Virus record (IMG/VR): IMGVR_UViG_3300025655_003289
Coordinates: 743-64,742 of that record
DNA from: a virus
Taxonomy: Duplodnaviria > Caudoviricetes
Direction: 5' to 3' (one strand)
Length of the DNA stretch: 64,000 nucleotides
Numbering within the stretch: position 1 is the stretch's first letter; each line of letters starts with the position of its first letter. The position numbers were made by a program, and so were the translations under genes. This document shows, one piece after another, positions 56,395-64,000 of this stretch. The notes below the pieces were generated by a model that ran no database searches, was not told where the DNA came from, and was given only the letters and a program-made list of their open reading frames with translations.

Positions 56395-56961
56395 CTATTT
56401 AGTTAACATTGTTGGCATTACAATTCCAAATTGATGACCTGACTCTATTCCGTAACCAAACTCAGGTATTGATACAGCAATAGCTGCACTCTCAGATATA
56501 AAATCTAACTTAAATATAGTTGTATCTAGAGCTTGATGTAGGTTGTACATCAATTTAGGATTGACGCCTATTCTTGGAATAGATGCAAACCTTTCGCTAG
56601 ATGGAACAACAGCTTGCCAATTAGGGTATGGGCCTATATCTTTAACGTCAATAGGTTTGACGTGAGCTGGACTCTTGCGAGGGAAATGTGCAACAATAAA
56701 ATCACCATCATACTCAATGTAATTAGCTGTAATTAGCTTACGCCAGTCGTTAGCATTTACATACATACCTTCGTCTGGGATGTTAGTCATTGACTTCTCG
56801 TCAGAGAACACATCGGATGTAGGTACAACAGCCATGATATGTGCGTCAGTAGCAATACAGAATTGCTTAGTTACAAACACATTAGTCATCGCAGGTCGCA
56901 ACTCATCTTTGCCGCACGCCATGTGCAGTTTGAAATTCATTTTGTCGTCTTTTTGTCTCAT
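56395..56961 (-). CDS. Truncated DNA Pol III beta-clamp-like protein
   Basis: KDELRPAMTNV...IATDAHIM...YPNWQAVVP...IGVNPKLM...GIVMP match motifs of DnaN domains II-III. Confidence 0.65.
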   Translation of the reverse strand: MRQKDDKMNFKLHMACGKDELRPAMTNVFVTKQFCIATDAHIMAVVPTSDVFSDEKSMTNIPDEGMYVNANDWRKLITANYIEYDGDFIVAHFPRKSPAHVKPIDVKDIGPYPNWQAVVPSSERFASIPRIGVNPKLMYNLHQALDTTIFKLDFISESAAIAVSIPEFGYGIESGHQFGIVMPTMLTK

Positions 56962-56986
56962 AGTTATATGGGTAAATTAAATTTAG

Positions 56987-57580
56987 TTATACTTCTACTT
57001 TTTTAAACTTTTCAACTAGATAGTCTATGTCCTCTTCTCTCATGTACGATATATCGTCAATAAGCTCTGCTTCATCCTTGTACCATCCGTCGCTTATGTG
57101 TTGAACAATCTCATCAACTGCGTAATCTCTATCCACTTCTAGATATTGAAACTCGTTATATTTATAATCGTCTTCTCTAGTAGGATTACCATCCACGTAT
57201 GTGTATATACCGGCAAAATCCATGCCAGGCTCACTAAACTCAATGCGAACTTCGCAATCAAATAATTTAGATATGAGTTCAGCTAGTCCTAATGGAGGAG
57301 ACCACGCTGAATCTCCAAATACATCTATAGTTCCATCAAATGAACCAAGGTGTGATTGAGTTGCCTCAACTTCAAAGTCCCACCATCTTGTTCCATACTT
57401 GTAAACAACGTCATGCTTGTTGTCATTAGAGTAATCTTGTGGGTGATCGTGGATTAGTGTATCGCACCAGTCAGTAAAGTAATCATAATTTTTGTACTTT
57501 CCAAAGAACTCAACTAAAGCATCAAAGTCTTTTTGGTTCTCGGTATCAATGGTCATGTGGTTGTAACAGTAGTTTGGCAT
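56987..57580 (-). CDS. Ferredoxin-like fold protein (DUF1281-like)
   Basis: MPNYCYN...YGTRW...SAWSPP...EPGMDFAG. Confidence 0.65.
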   Translation of the reverse strand: MPNYCYNHMTIDTENQKDFDALVEFFGKYKNYDYFTDWCDTLIHDHPQDYSNDNKHDVVYKYGTRWWDFEVEATQSHLGSFDGTIDVFGDSAWSPPLGLAELISKLFDCEVRIEFSEPGMDFAGIYTYVDGNPTREDDYKYNEFQYLEVDRDYAVDEIVQHISDGWYKDEAELIDDISYMREEDIDYLVEKFKKVEV

Positions 57581-57582
57581 AT

Positions 57583-57867
57583 CTAAAATCTTTGTATAAT
57601 TATTCCTTCTTCAAATTCTATAACGTATGTGTTGTCATACAAATCATCCATCGATTTAATGGAGTTGTATTCTGATTTAATCTCTTCAAGATTCTTGTAT
57701 TCAGTAAAGTCGCAACGAATAGCGATAGGGTCATACTCCATCTCGTATCCAGAATCTTCCTCCATTTGCTCTAGATACTCGAACAAAGCTATCCTGCCAT
57801 GATAAGAGAAGTTGTCTTTTAAAGACTCGTCATCTAAAAAATCATATAATGTAACTGTTTTCTTCAT
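57583..57867 (-). CDS. Acidic hypothetical phage protein
   Basis: FSY.G..ALFEYLE...DPIAIRCDFTEY. Confidence 0.6.
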   Translation of the reverse strand: MKKTVTLYDFLDDESLKDNFSYHGRIALFEYLEQMEEDSGYEMEYDPIAIRCDFTEYKNLEEIKSEYNSIKSMDDLYDNTYVIEFEEGIIIQRF

Positions 57868-58235
57868 GCTAATGTATCTGTTATATATTTTTTATCTACC
57901 GCCCATACATAAAAGTTCTCCCAAAAATCATCAGGATAAGTACCAGTATCCATGTCAAGCCACATAGCTAAATGGTCGTCAATACATATCTTATCTCCAT
58001 CCATTAGTATGTCTCTTATGGAGTCTATTAAAGTATATTGACTATTGAATATGTCAGTCATTATCTGAACATCCTTACCAGCTTCTTTAAGAACATAAAG
58101 AATATACCCATCAGCCGATTCAGATTGATAAGCCACATAGTCGATATCTTTTCCCCTATAAGAAAATACATCGGCTATATAACACTCAAATCCAAATGCA
58201 CGTTTCAATTCATCAAAATATTTGTTTCCTTCCAT
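57864..58235 (-). CDS. Hypothetical protein
   Basis: Coupled ORF. Confidence 0.55.
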   Translation of the reverse strand: MEGNKYFDELKRAFGFECYIADVFSYRGKDIDYVAYQSESADGYILYVLKEAGKDVQIMTDIFNSQYTLIDSIRDILMDGDKICIDDHLAMWLDMDTGTYPDDFWENFYVWAVDKKYITDTLA

Positions 58236-58338
58236 CTTTGTGTTTATCTTTTCTATAATATTTTTTCTTATTTCTAAAAGGAGGCGGAACTCTTGTCGCC
58301 ATCCTTCTTTCTTCTAGTGTAACTGTAATCGTTTTCAT
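58213..58338 (-). CDS. Small basic peptide (41 aa) with ArfA-like tail
   Basis: Hand translation MKTITVTLEERRMATRVPPPFRNKKKYYRKDKHKDGRKQIF. Confidence 0.6.
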   Translation of the reverse strand: MKTITVTLEERRMATRVPPPFRNKKKYYRKDKHKDGRKQIF

Positions 58339-58345
58339 AACAATA

Positions 58346-58378
58346 TAATTATCAATTACTACTCGTATTGGATTTGCT
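58346..58378 (-). promoter_or_regulatory. 33-bp early-promoter-like repeat, copy 6
   Basis: TAATTATCAA-ttacta-CTCGTATTGGATTTGCT. Confidence 0.75.
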
Positions 58379-59095
58379 CGAGAAAAGATCTACATAGGTT
58401 ATATCAGACCCATCAATCTCTACATACTTGCCATCCCATAACACGTCCGTACAAACGTACATCCAATCAGTGTAATTAGCATACTTTACACTTTCTAGGC
58501 TTTGAGTATGTCCAAATACTTGAACAAAGTCAGACAACCAACTATCTTTATTAGCGTCTACCAAAGCATCAGGGCGAATCCATGTAGGACCTTGCAATGG
58601 GTGATTACCAACCCACGACCCATCACCAGGATGGAAAGCAAAAGCATATAGGTTTATGTTCAATCGACTATTAACATAGTCAATAGCATCATCAATATTC
58701 TCACTATCAAATCCGTAGTACTTCAGATACTTACTAGACAGTCCGGCGTGAGAGAAAATAAAATCCCCTTCGCGATGAATCATCTTAAACTTATCTAAGT
58801 TATCACGATAGATTGAGTGAAACAACTTATACTTGTTCCAACTAAAACCACTACACTCAAGATTATCATTGACGTAGTGCATGTCATGATTACCAAGCAA
58901 TAGGACTACCTTATCTGGATTGTCGTCTTTGAACTGGATAATGTCTAGTAAATTCTGACGTTGAAGCTGATTGATAGCGTGATAACTATCAACATAATCT
59001 CCGATGAAGATAATTTTGTCTAACTCATCTATGTCTTTAGTTATGTGCCGCCAAGTTTCTAATCCGTGGATATCTCCTATTACTGCTATTTTCAT
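58352..59095 (-). CDS. Calcineurin-like metallophosphoesterase
   Basis: GDIHG, GDYVD, GNHD, HAG, GHT. Confidence 0.88.
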   Translation of the reverse strand: MKIAVIGDIHGLETWRHITKDIDELDKIIFIGDYVDSYHAINQLQRQNLLDIIQFKDDNPDKVVLLLGNHDMHYVNDNLECSGFSWNKYKLFHSIYRDNLDKFKMIHREGDFIFSHAGLSSKYLKYYGFDSENIDDAIDYVNSRLNINLYAFAFHPGDGSWVGNHPLQGPTWIRPDALVDANKDSWLSDFVQVFGHTQSLESVKYANYTDWMYVCTDVLWDGKYVEIDGSDITYVDLFSSKSNTSSN

Positions 59096-59096
59096 G

Positions 59097-59321
59097 TCAG
59101 TTGTTGTCTTTTATTATAGTGTATTGATATGGTTTTAGTCCGGCAAAACTAGCCAGGAGTTCGAGGTCAGCTATCTCGTCCTCTTCTGTTTCATACAATG
59201 GACTCTCTACTATTATATCCTTGCCTGATATATCAGAAGAATAAAGAGTGTTATGGTCATTAAAGTTAAGCTCATAAGCATATTGAATGATGTCTACCTG
59301 GCTAATTAGTCTGTACCCCAT
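59097..59321 (-). CDS. Hypothetical protein
   Basis: ORF in operon context. Confidence 0.5.
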   Translation of the reverse strand: MGYRLISQVDIIQYAYELNFNDHNTLYSSDISGKDIIVESPLYETEEDEIADLELLASFAGLKPYQYTIIKDNN

Positions 59322-59332
59322 GTCTATTTGTT

Positions 59333-59464
59333 TTAATCGTTATAGTAAGCTATCTTACAGTTTATGTCGCAGAACCCATTACTAGTAAAATGTATTGGCT
59401 CTCCACAATATTTACAAGTCTTATCGTAATCTAGTTGGTCATCACCAACGGTTAAGTGATTCAT
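59333..59464 (-). CDS. Small zinc-finger protein (43 aa)
   Basis: Hand translation ...CKYCGEPI...GFCDINC... Confidence 0.6.
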   Translation of the reverse strand: MNHLTVGDDQLDYDKTCKYCGEPIHFTSNGFCDINCKIAYYND

Positions 59465-59801
59465 ATTGTTGAATTGTTTTAAGTAATTCGTCTATGTGAA
59501 TATCTGATGTTTGCGGAATCTGGAACGTACACTCATTTGTATCAATAGTTTTATAGAATGTATATGCAAAATACCTGCTATCGATAACTCCATTTAAAGT
59601 TACATACCAATGAAAGTTATCGTCTTCACTAAAGTATGGGTAAAACGAATCTGTTTTATCCAGCTTATGCTTTCTATATTCAAGCATCTTTGTTATGCGT
59701 TGAGATAACTCAAACACCCTCTCTAAGCTATCAAATCCGTATTCCGATGCTCTAGCAATACTCGCATCAAGTTCTAGTAATATTTCTTTTGCCGTTCTCA
59801 T
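59442..59801 (-). CDS. Hypothetical protein
   Basis: Coupled ORF. Confidence 0.5.
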   Translation of the reverse strand: MRTAKEILLELDASIARASEYGFDSLERVFELSQRITKMLEYRKHKLDKTDSFYPYFSEDDNFHWYVTLNGVIDSRYFAYTFYKTIDTNECTFQIPQTSDIHIDELLKTIQQYESLNRW

Positions 59802-60025
59802 TTATATAGGTCTATGTTATGTTCTCTTAATATATAATTAAATCTATCTCTAACTTCTTGATATGCTTTTATAGTGTCATGGCTCTTACTGTCGATATTG
59901 TATTTCAATTCAGCTCTAAGCCATTGCTCCATCTCCCACAAGCAAGAATGCATATCTCCAGATTTGACTGCATAGTCAAACTCTATATTATCCTCCGGTA
60001 AATTAAATTCTAATACTGCTTTCAT
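59798..60025 (-). CDS. Hypothetical phage protein
   Basis: MKAVLEFNLPED...LR..LKY, coupled ORF. Confidence 0.6.
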   Translation of the reverse strand: MKAVLEFNLPEDNIEFDYAVKSGDMHSCLWEMEQWLRAELKYNIDSKSHDTIKAYQEVRDRFNYILREHNIDLYK

Positions 60026-60315
60026 TTCTCCTTGTTTTTAGTTGGTTCCTCTAAGTCTTCTGATAATCTTTTGTGAAAAGATTCTTCGTTGTCATCGCCA
60101 GACAATAACCAGTCAATTCTATGTGCGTATATCTGTGCCAGTTTAAGGAACGTCAAAGCAATTTTAAATTCATCTATTGTTCCCTTACTAAACTTTTCCG
60201 ACTGGAACTGCTCGTTGCCACTGTATTCCTTTTCGTTGTTAATAATAGCCTGCTCAATAGAGTCTATAATTGATTGAATCCTGTACTGTGCGTAATCAAA
60301 GTGCCCTCCTGACAT
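60022..60315 (-). CDS. Hypothetical phage protein
   Basis: MSGGHFDY...IDWLLSGDD.EESF. Confidence 0.6.
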   Translation of the reverse strand: MSGGHFDYAQYRIQSIIDSIEQAIINNEKEYSGNEQFQSEKFSKGTIDEFKIALTFLKLAQIYAHRIDWLLSGDDNEESFHKRLSEDLEEPTKNKEK

Positions 60316-60551
60316 TATCTATATTTCCTTATTATATTAAACGTTCTCTTTAAATCTGAATCTAAATGTGGTTCGCTACCCAGTCTAACTGGATACCAAG
60401 CTACTGTGTATCCGTAATCTCCACTATAATCTTCTCGCTTTACTAAATTTCCATTTACTTTGTATAAGTAAATCCAAGGTATGTTAGCCACTAACTCAAG
60501 CTTTATACCTATCTTGTTTAATCTCTCTACAAATATATCAATCTCGTTCAT
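60315..60551 (-). CDS. Hypothetical protein (likely start MNEIDIF)
   Basis: RLNKIGI.LEL..N.PWIYL..VNG. The track's longer start overlaps another small ORF. Confidence 0.55.
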   Translation of the reverse strand: MNEIDIFVERLNKIGIKLELVANIPWIYLYKVNGNLVKREDYSGDYGYTVAWYPVRLGSEPHLDSDLKRTFNIIRKYR

Positions 60552-60683
60552 ATCTATCAATAAATTCTTTACACTCAGGAATAAAAGAAGATCTATACAA
60601 CTCTTTCCCTCCATCAAAAACAGCCCATGTATAATCCTTGTGTGGTAAATACAGCCACAGTTTAACAATCCTTAATCCCGTCA

Positions 60684-60839
60684 TTATCTATACTTATTTA
60701 GTTCATTATCAGTTCTTTCAATCTCCTTATTGACAGAGTATAATCTATTACCTCTGCAATAGCTACACGAGCCATGACATCTGCACGTCTTGTCAAATCT
60801 CTTACTCTTTGTGTAAGGTCTTTTATACGTCCTACTCAT
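60684..60839 (-). CDS. Small basic Cys/His protein (51 aa)
   Basis: Hand translation MSRTYKRPYTKSKRFDKTCRCHGSCSYCRGNRLY... Confidence 0.6.
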   Translation of the reverse strand: MSRTYKRPYTKSKRFDKTCRCHGSCSYCRGNRLYSVNKEIERTDNELNKYR

Positions 60840-60853
60840 AACAATTACTTTAG

Positions 60854-60925
60854 TACCCTCACCTAGAATCGAACTAGGAATCCAAGCTTAGAAGGCTAGT
60901 GTTATATCCGTTTAACTATAAGGGC
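60854..60925 (-). tRNA. tRNA-Arg(TCT)
   Basis: Cloverleaf GCCCTTA.../TGAGGGT, loop CT-TCT-AA, T-loop GTTCGATT. No encoded CCA. Confidence 0.85.
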
Positions 60926-60930
60926 ATTTG

Positions 60931-61002
60931 TAGCGGAGATGGGAATCGAACCCACTACCTCTGGGTTATGAGCCCAGTATGCAACCGATACACTTCTCCG
61001 CA
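60931..61002 (-). tRNA. tRNA-Met(CAT), initiator-like
   Basis: 1:72 mismatch, anticodon stem CTGGG/CCCAG with three G-C pairs, loop CT-CAT-AA. Confidence 0.85.
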
Positions 61003-61008
61003 ATATAG

Positions 61009-61081
61009 AGCCTCCCACAGGAATCGAACCCGCAACCTACTGAGTACAAATCAGTTGCTCTACCAATTGAGCTAGAGAGGC
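61009..61081 (-). tRNA. tRNA-Thr(TGT)
   Basis: GCCTCTC-TAGCTCAATTGGTAGAGC, loop TT-TGT-AC. Confidence 0.9.
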
Positions 61082-61086
61082 AATTC

Positions 61087-61204
61087 AAGATAGGCTTCGG
61101 GTCTTTCAGGGTTTCTGGTTAATGGTTTGTTTACGCTCGGATTACTACAAACCCTTTTTCATCCTTTTAACACCACCATTAACTACAGCTTCACTGCCTA
61201 TCTT
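61087..61204 (-). ncRNA. Candidate structured ncRNA (118 nt), family unknown
   Basis: Terminal stem AAGATAGGC/GCCTATCTT, inner stem GTTAATGGT/ACCATTAAC, crossing helix AGGGTTT/AAACCCT. Confidence 0.6.
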
Positions 61205-61207
61205 TTG

Positions 61208-61281
61208 TAACCCCGGTAGGATTCGAACCTACGACCCCCTCATTAAAAGTGAGGTGCTCTAACCAACTGAGCTACGAAGTT
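61208..61281 (-). tRNA. tRNA-Lys(TTT)
   Basis: CCTCA-CT-TTT-AA-TGAGG, GGTTCGAATCC. Confidence 0.9.
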
Positions 61282-61330
61282 AATTGCAGGCCTTGCACCT
61301 GCCCGGGGACATATATCCTCCCAAAGTAAG

Positions 61331-61404
61331 TCTAGATGGAAGGATTCGAACCTCCGACCCCACGCTTCCAAAGCGTATGCGCTACCTGACTGCGCTACAT
61401 CTAG
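61331..61404 (-). tRNA. tRNA-Pro(TGG)
   Basis: CTAGATG/CATCTAG acceptor, loop TT-TGG-AA. Confidence 0.88.
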
Positions 61405-61407
61405 ATA

Positions 61408-61481
61408 AAGATAAGATAGACGGCTACCCTTATGAGCTTACAGTTACGGCCATTCTAATTTTTTCTCCGTTATCTTATCTT
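61408..61481 (-). ncRNA. Candidate hairpin ncRNA (74 nt)
   Basis: AAGATAAGATAACGG pairs with CCGT-C-TATCTTATCTT (15 bp with one bulge). Confidence 0.45.
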
Positions 61482-61486
61482 AGATG

Positions 61487-61557
61487 ATACTCGACTAGGA
61501 CTTGAACCTAGAATACTTGAATCAAAATCAAGTGTGTTACCATTACACCATCGAGTA
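61487..61557 (-). tRNA. tRNA-Gln(TTG)
   Basis: TACTCGA/TCGAGTA acceptor, CTTGA-TT-TTG-AT-TCAAG. Confidence 0.88.
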
Positions 61558-61571
61558 GTGTGGTGGTATAA

Positions 61572-61946
61572 CTAAGATACCACCTCGACATCGGCTTCGA
61601 TAGCTTCAATCTCTGCAATCTCAACCTCTTCTGCCTCAGCTTTAGCAGCCGCTTCTGCGTCTATCTTACTAACAGCATCACTAACCGCATCAGCCATAGC
61701 AATATCGAATCCTGCTTTAGTTAAGAACACAGTACGTCCTTCTTTCTCAACCTTAGATACAACTAGGTTTTTCTTAGTTAAAGAACCTAACGCACCCGCT
61801 AAGCTACGCGACCTGTTTGTTGCAGACCAAGACCAGATAGGCACTCCTACCATGTCCTCTCCAGATACCGCCATGAATTCACTGTTGACGATGTTCTGTA
61901 ATACTTGTTTTTCTTTCTCTGTTACTTTAATAGTTGCTTCTTTCAT
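61572..61946 (-). CDS. Winged-helix-like protein with acidic A/E-rich tail
   Basis: VTEKEKQVL...GALGSLTKKNLV...VFLTKAG. Confidence 0.55.
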   Translation of the reverse strand: MKEATIKVTEKEKQVLQNIVNSEFMAVSGEDMVGVPIWSWSATNRSRSLAGALGSLTKKNLVVSKVEKEGRTVFLTKAGFDIAMADAVSDAVSKIDAEAAAKAEAEEVEIAEIEAIEADVEVVS

Positions 61947-62182
61947 TTTAAATTTAATTTACTTTTAGTTAATACTCTTGTTACTCCGTAGCTATTGATT
62001 GTACTTACATCATACCCTCTTCTCATTATCGCATCCATTACTTCATGTCGATAATTCCAAACGTCCTTATCCCATCCGTAACTAAAAGCATCACATGTGT
62101 CAAAGTGGGATGTGCCGTACTCATCTGCATACTTGCATTCAATATCTACTATTTGATTTAATTTTTCTTCAATCTTACTCAT
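61943..62182 (-). CDS. Hypothetical early protein
   Basis: First ORF after repeat copy 7. Confidence 0.6.
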   Translation of the reverse strand: MSKIEEKLNQIVDIECKYADEYGTSHFDTCDAFSYGWDKDVWNYRHEVMDAIMRRGYDVSTINSYGVTRVLTKSKLNLK

Positions 62183-62207
62183 GGTTGTCGCTGTATCAGT
62201 TACACAA

Positions 62208-62240
62208 TAATTATCAAATTCTGCTCGTATTCGATTTGCT
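62208..62240 (-). promoter_or_regulatory. 33-bp early-promoter-like repeat, copy 7 (upstream of the tRNA cluster)
   Basis: TAATTATCAA-attctg-CTCGTATTCGATTTGCT. Confidence 0.75.
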
Positions 62241-62482
62241 CAGTGATTTAAAGAATGCACATTCAAGATATGAATCAAATCCTCTAACCCTTGACGGTCA
62301 TAGACCCTTAACGTTTCTGAATTAAACATCTCCACAAACCATCCTATATCACCAACCTCACTCTGACAATGCGTGATTAAAGTAATATCCCCGATATCTA
62401 AGTTGTAGTAGTGATCTACATCGCCATAATCCTCTATATCAACCCTATTGAATCCTAAGTCAATTAAATCCTGCTCTCTCAT
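62240..62482 (-). CDS. Hypothetical early protein
   Basis: MREQDLIDLGF...; its TGA overlaps repeat copy 7. Confidence 0.6.
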   Translation of the reverse strand: MREQDLIDLGFNRVDIEDYGDVDHYYNLDIGDITLITHCQSEVGDIGWFVEMFNSETLRVYDRQGLEDLIHILNVHSLNH

Positions 62483-62718
62483 GATTTATCTTTTAACTCT
62501 TCCTCTAACAATTCAATATACCTCATCATTGCATTGATGTAGTGACCATCGTCAGCCTTTAACTCGAATATCCTCCATGAAAAATACTCGAACGCTTCAT
62601 TTACTGTTTCTAACAATACTCTATTATTATTCATTTATCTACGTTATCTTCGTTAAACATCCAACTTAATAATCCCGCTATAAAAAACATAACTATTATA
62701 AATATACCTCCACTCATG

Positions 62719-62967
62719 TCAATATTTTTTATCTAATGCCAAATTCAAATCACTACCCTTGATACAAGAAGACTCTATGAAGATATACCCCTTGTAACTA
62801 AACCAACTGTACGCCACCTTGTCTGAGTTATCATTGAACCTACGAGGAACCCTACCAACACGGAATCCATAGTACTTGTTACTACCCAAAATCATCGTAG
62901 GAACATTAGTGTATCTATCCACTCTTACCTTAGTCTTATTGTATCCATCTAATACTGTGTTGCTCAT
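62719..62967 (-). CDS. Hypothetical early protein
   Basis: First ORF after repeat copy 8. Confidence 0.6.
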   Translation of the reverse strand: MSNTVLDGYNKTKVRVDRYTNVPTMILGSNKYYGFRVGRVPRRFNDNSDKVAYSWFSYKGYIFIESSCIKGSDLNLALDKKY

Positions 62968-62993
62968 AATCTATTGGTTTATCGGTTACAACA

Positions 62994-63026
62994 TAATTAT
63001 CAAATACCACTCGTATTGGATTTGCT
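62994..63026 (-). promoter_or_regulatory. 33-bp early-promoter-like repeat, copy 8
   Basis: TAATTATCAA-atacca-CTCGTATTGGATTTGCT. Confidence 0.75.
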
Positions 63027-63218
63027 CGAGAAATATAAAGTAAAAATAAATGAGCAATCCAAACACTAATCTCGCTACGCTCAATTCGATACCGGAATTT
63101 GCCTGGAAATATAAAATAAACAAATAATAGCATCGTAAAGGGGATTGTTCATTTTTAGTTTTAAAAAAGAAGAGGGGTGTAAACTCATATATCCTACTAT
63201 TAGCATCGTAAAAAACAC

Positions 63219-63261
63219 TGCCATTAGGGCTATATATATATATTATATGCCCCTATTGGCA
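63219..63261. promoter_or_regulatory. 43-bp dyad element, copy C
   Basis: TGCCATTAG-N25-CTATTGGCA. Confidence 0.7.
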
Positions 63262-63470
63262 CACTTTTTGTGGTTAAGTATAGTGTGGCTGTATTTACTA
63301 TTCCACACTTTACTTTTCTATGCTTTTCTCGTCTATGCTATACACGTTTGACCGTCATTCGTAGTGTAGAAATCTGAATATGTGCAAAAAATGCACACAC
63401 CACAGTAGTGTAGTGTAGAAATCCCTATAAAACTAGACTATGCTATACACGCCTGGCTACGCTCAGGAGC

Positions 63471-63493
63471 AAAAAAAAGCCCCCGAAGGGGCT
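63471..63493 (-). terminator. Rho-independent terminator
   Basis: Minus strand AGCCCC-TTCG-GGGGCT followed by a T-run. Confidence 0.85.
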
Positions 63494-63496
63494 ATC

Positions 63497-63736
63497 CTAG
63501 TCTACAAGAACCTCATCTGCCTGTGCTCTGATAAACTTAGGCATATTGTAGGTCTGAGTGTAACATTTGTACTTGTGCCAGCTTGGCAGGCTCTCAAACC
63601 GCTCTTTGTTGAGGTTGTACACTTTGTCATGGTCATACTTCCACAACTTACCTGAATGGTCAGTGAATTCTACAATCACTCCTTTTCCAATTAGGGATTT
63701 CCTGATAACGAATCTTTTAGATATCTTAGTCTCCAT
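63497..63736 (-). CDS. Hypothetical early protein, monocistronic
   Basis: Lies between repeat copy 9 and the terminator. KRFVIRKSLIGK...YDHDKVY. Confidence 0.7.
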   Translation of the reverse strand: METKISKRFVIRKSLIGKGVIVEFTDHSGKLWKYDHDKVYNLNKERFESLPSWHKYKCYTQTYNMPKFIRAQADEVLVD

Positions 63737-63764
63737 GATTACTTTGGGTTTATTGGTTACAACC

Positions 63765-63797
63765 TAATTATCAAAATGCTCTCGTAGCAGATTTGCT
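63765..63797 (-). promoter_or_regulatory. 33-bp early-promoter-like repeat, copy 9
   Basis: TAATTATCAA-aatgct-CTCGTAGCAGATTTGCT. Confidence 0.75.
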
Positions 63798-64000
63798 CGG
63801 GAATAGTGTAGAAAAAGTTTTTGAAAATTTAACAAAAAAGATTTGGTTTCTATTCGGAAATATGCTATACACGCTCCGCTTCGCTCCGCTTATAATCACC
63901 AAGATCTAGTGTAGAATTGGAATTCTATACCAGGATAGTGTAGAATGGCTCTATGCTATACACATCTGGCTACGCTTTACATTTCTATGATATGCTATAC

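Larger units (their letters stand above)
63334..64000. repeat. Two interspersed iteron-like repeat families
   Basis: TATGCTATACAC at 63334, 63439, 63861, 63952 and 63991 (cut by the window edge). TAGTGTAGAA at 63362, 63411, 63804, 63907 and 63936. Confidence 0.85.

Noticed and set aside
1-64000. Stop-codon reassignment as in some crAss-like phages
   Set aside because: Long genes are intact in the standard code, TAA, TAG and TGA all end genes, and no suppressor tRNA was found.

Overview
The window is most of a dsDNA tailed-phage genome, very likely a lytic podovirus of Bacteroidetes/Flavobacteria with a crAss-like-related head and tail module (inferred from motifs recognised by eye; no searches were run). 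The + strand arm (about 1.7-41.8 kb) holds tail fibre/receptor-binding paralogues, GroEL/GroES, terminase, portal, scaffold, major capsid, tail ring/muzzle proteins, three ejection proteins (one of 2739 aa) and a holin-endolysin pair. The - strand arm (41.9-64 kb plus 1-1.4 kb) holds an intact TonB-dependent receptor, nrdA/thyX/nrdB, a primase-helicase, an SSB-like protein, recombination genes, a sigma factor, an HTH protein, many small early genes and 6 tRNAs. No DNA polymerase, RNA polymerase or integrase is recognisable in the window. The main unexplained structure is as follows. (1) Nine copies of a fixed-geometry 33-bp element (minus-strand AGCAAATYNNNTACGAG-N6-TTGATAATTA) precede early genes; it does not resemble the host promoter and often sits flush against the previous stop codon. 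(2) The giant ejection protein contains a sigma70-region-2-like segment next to a zincin HExxH motif, which suggests (inference) a virion-delivered sigma factor for those promoters. (3) A 43-bp dyad with an exact 25-bp AT-rich spacer occurs three times, once over the start of the HTH gene. (4) The phage carries an outer-membrane TonB-dependent transporter. (5) Two structured non-tRNA elements lie inside the tRNA cluster.
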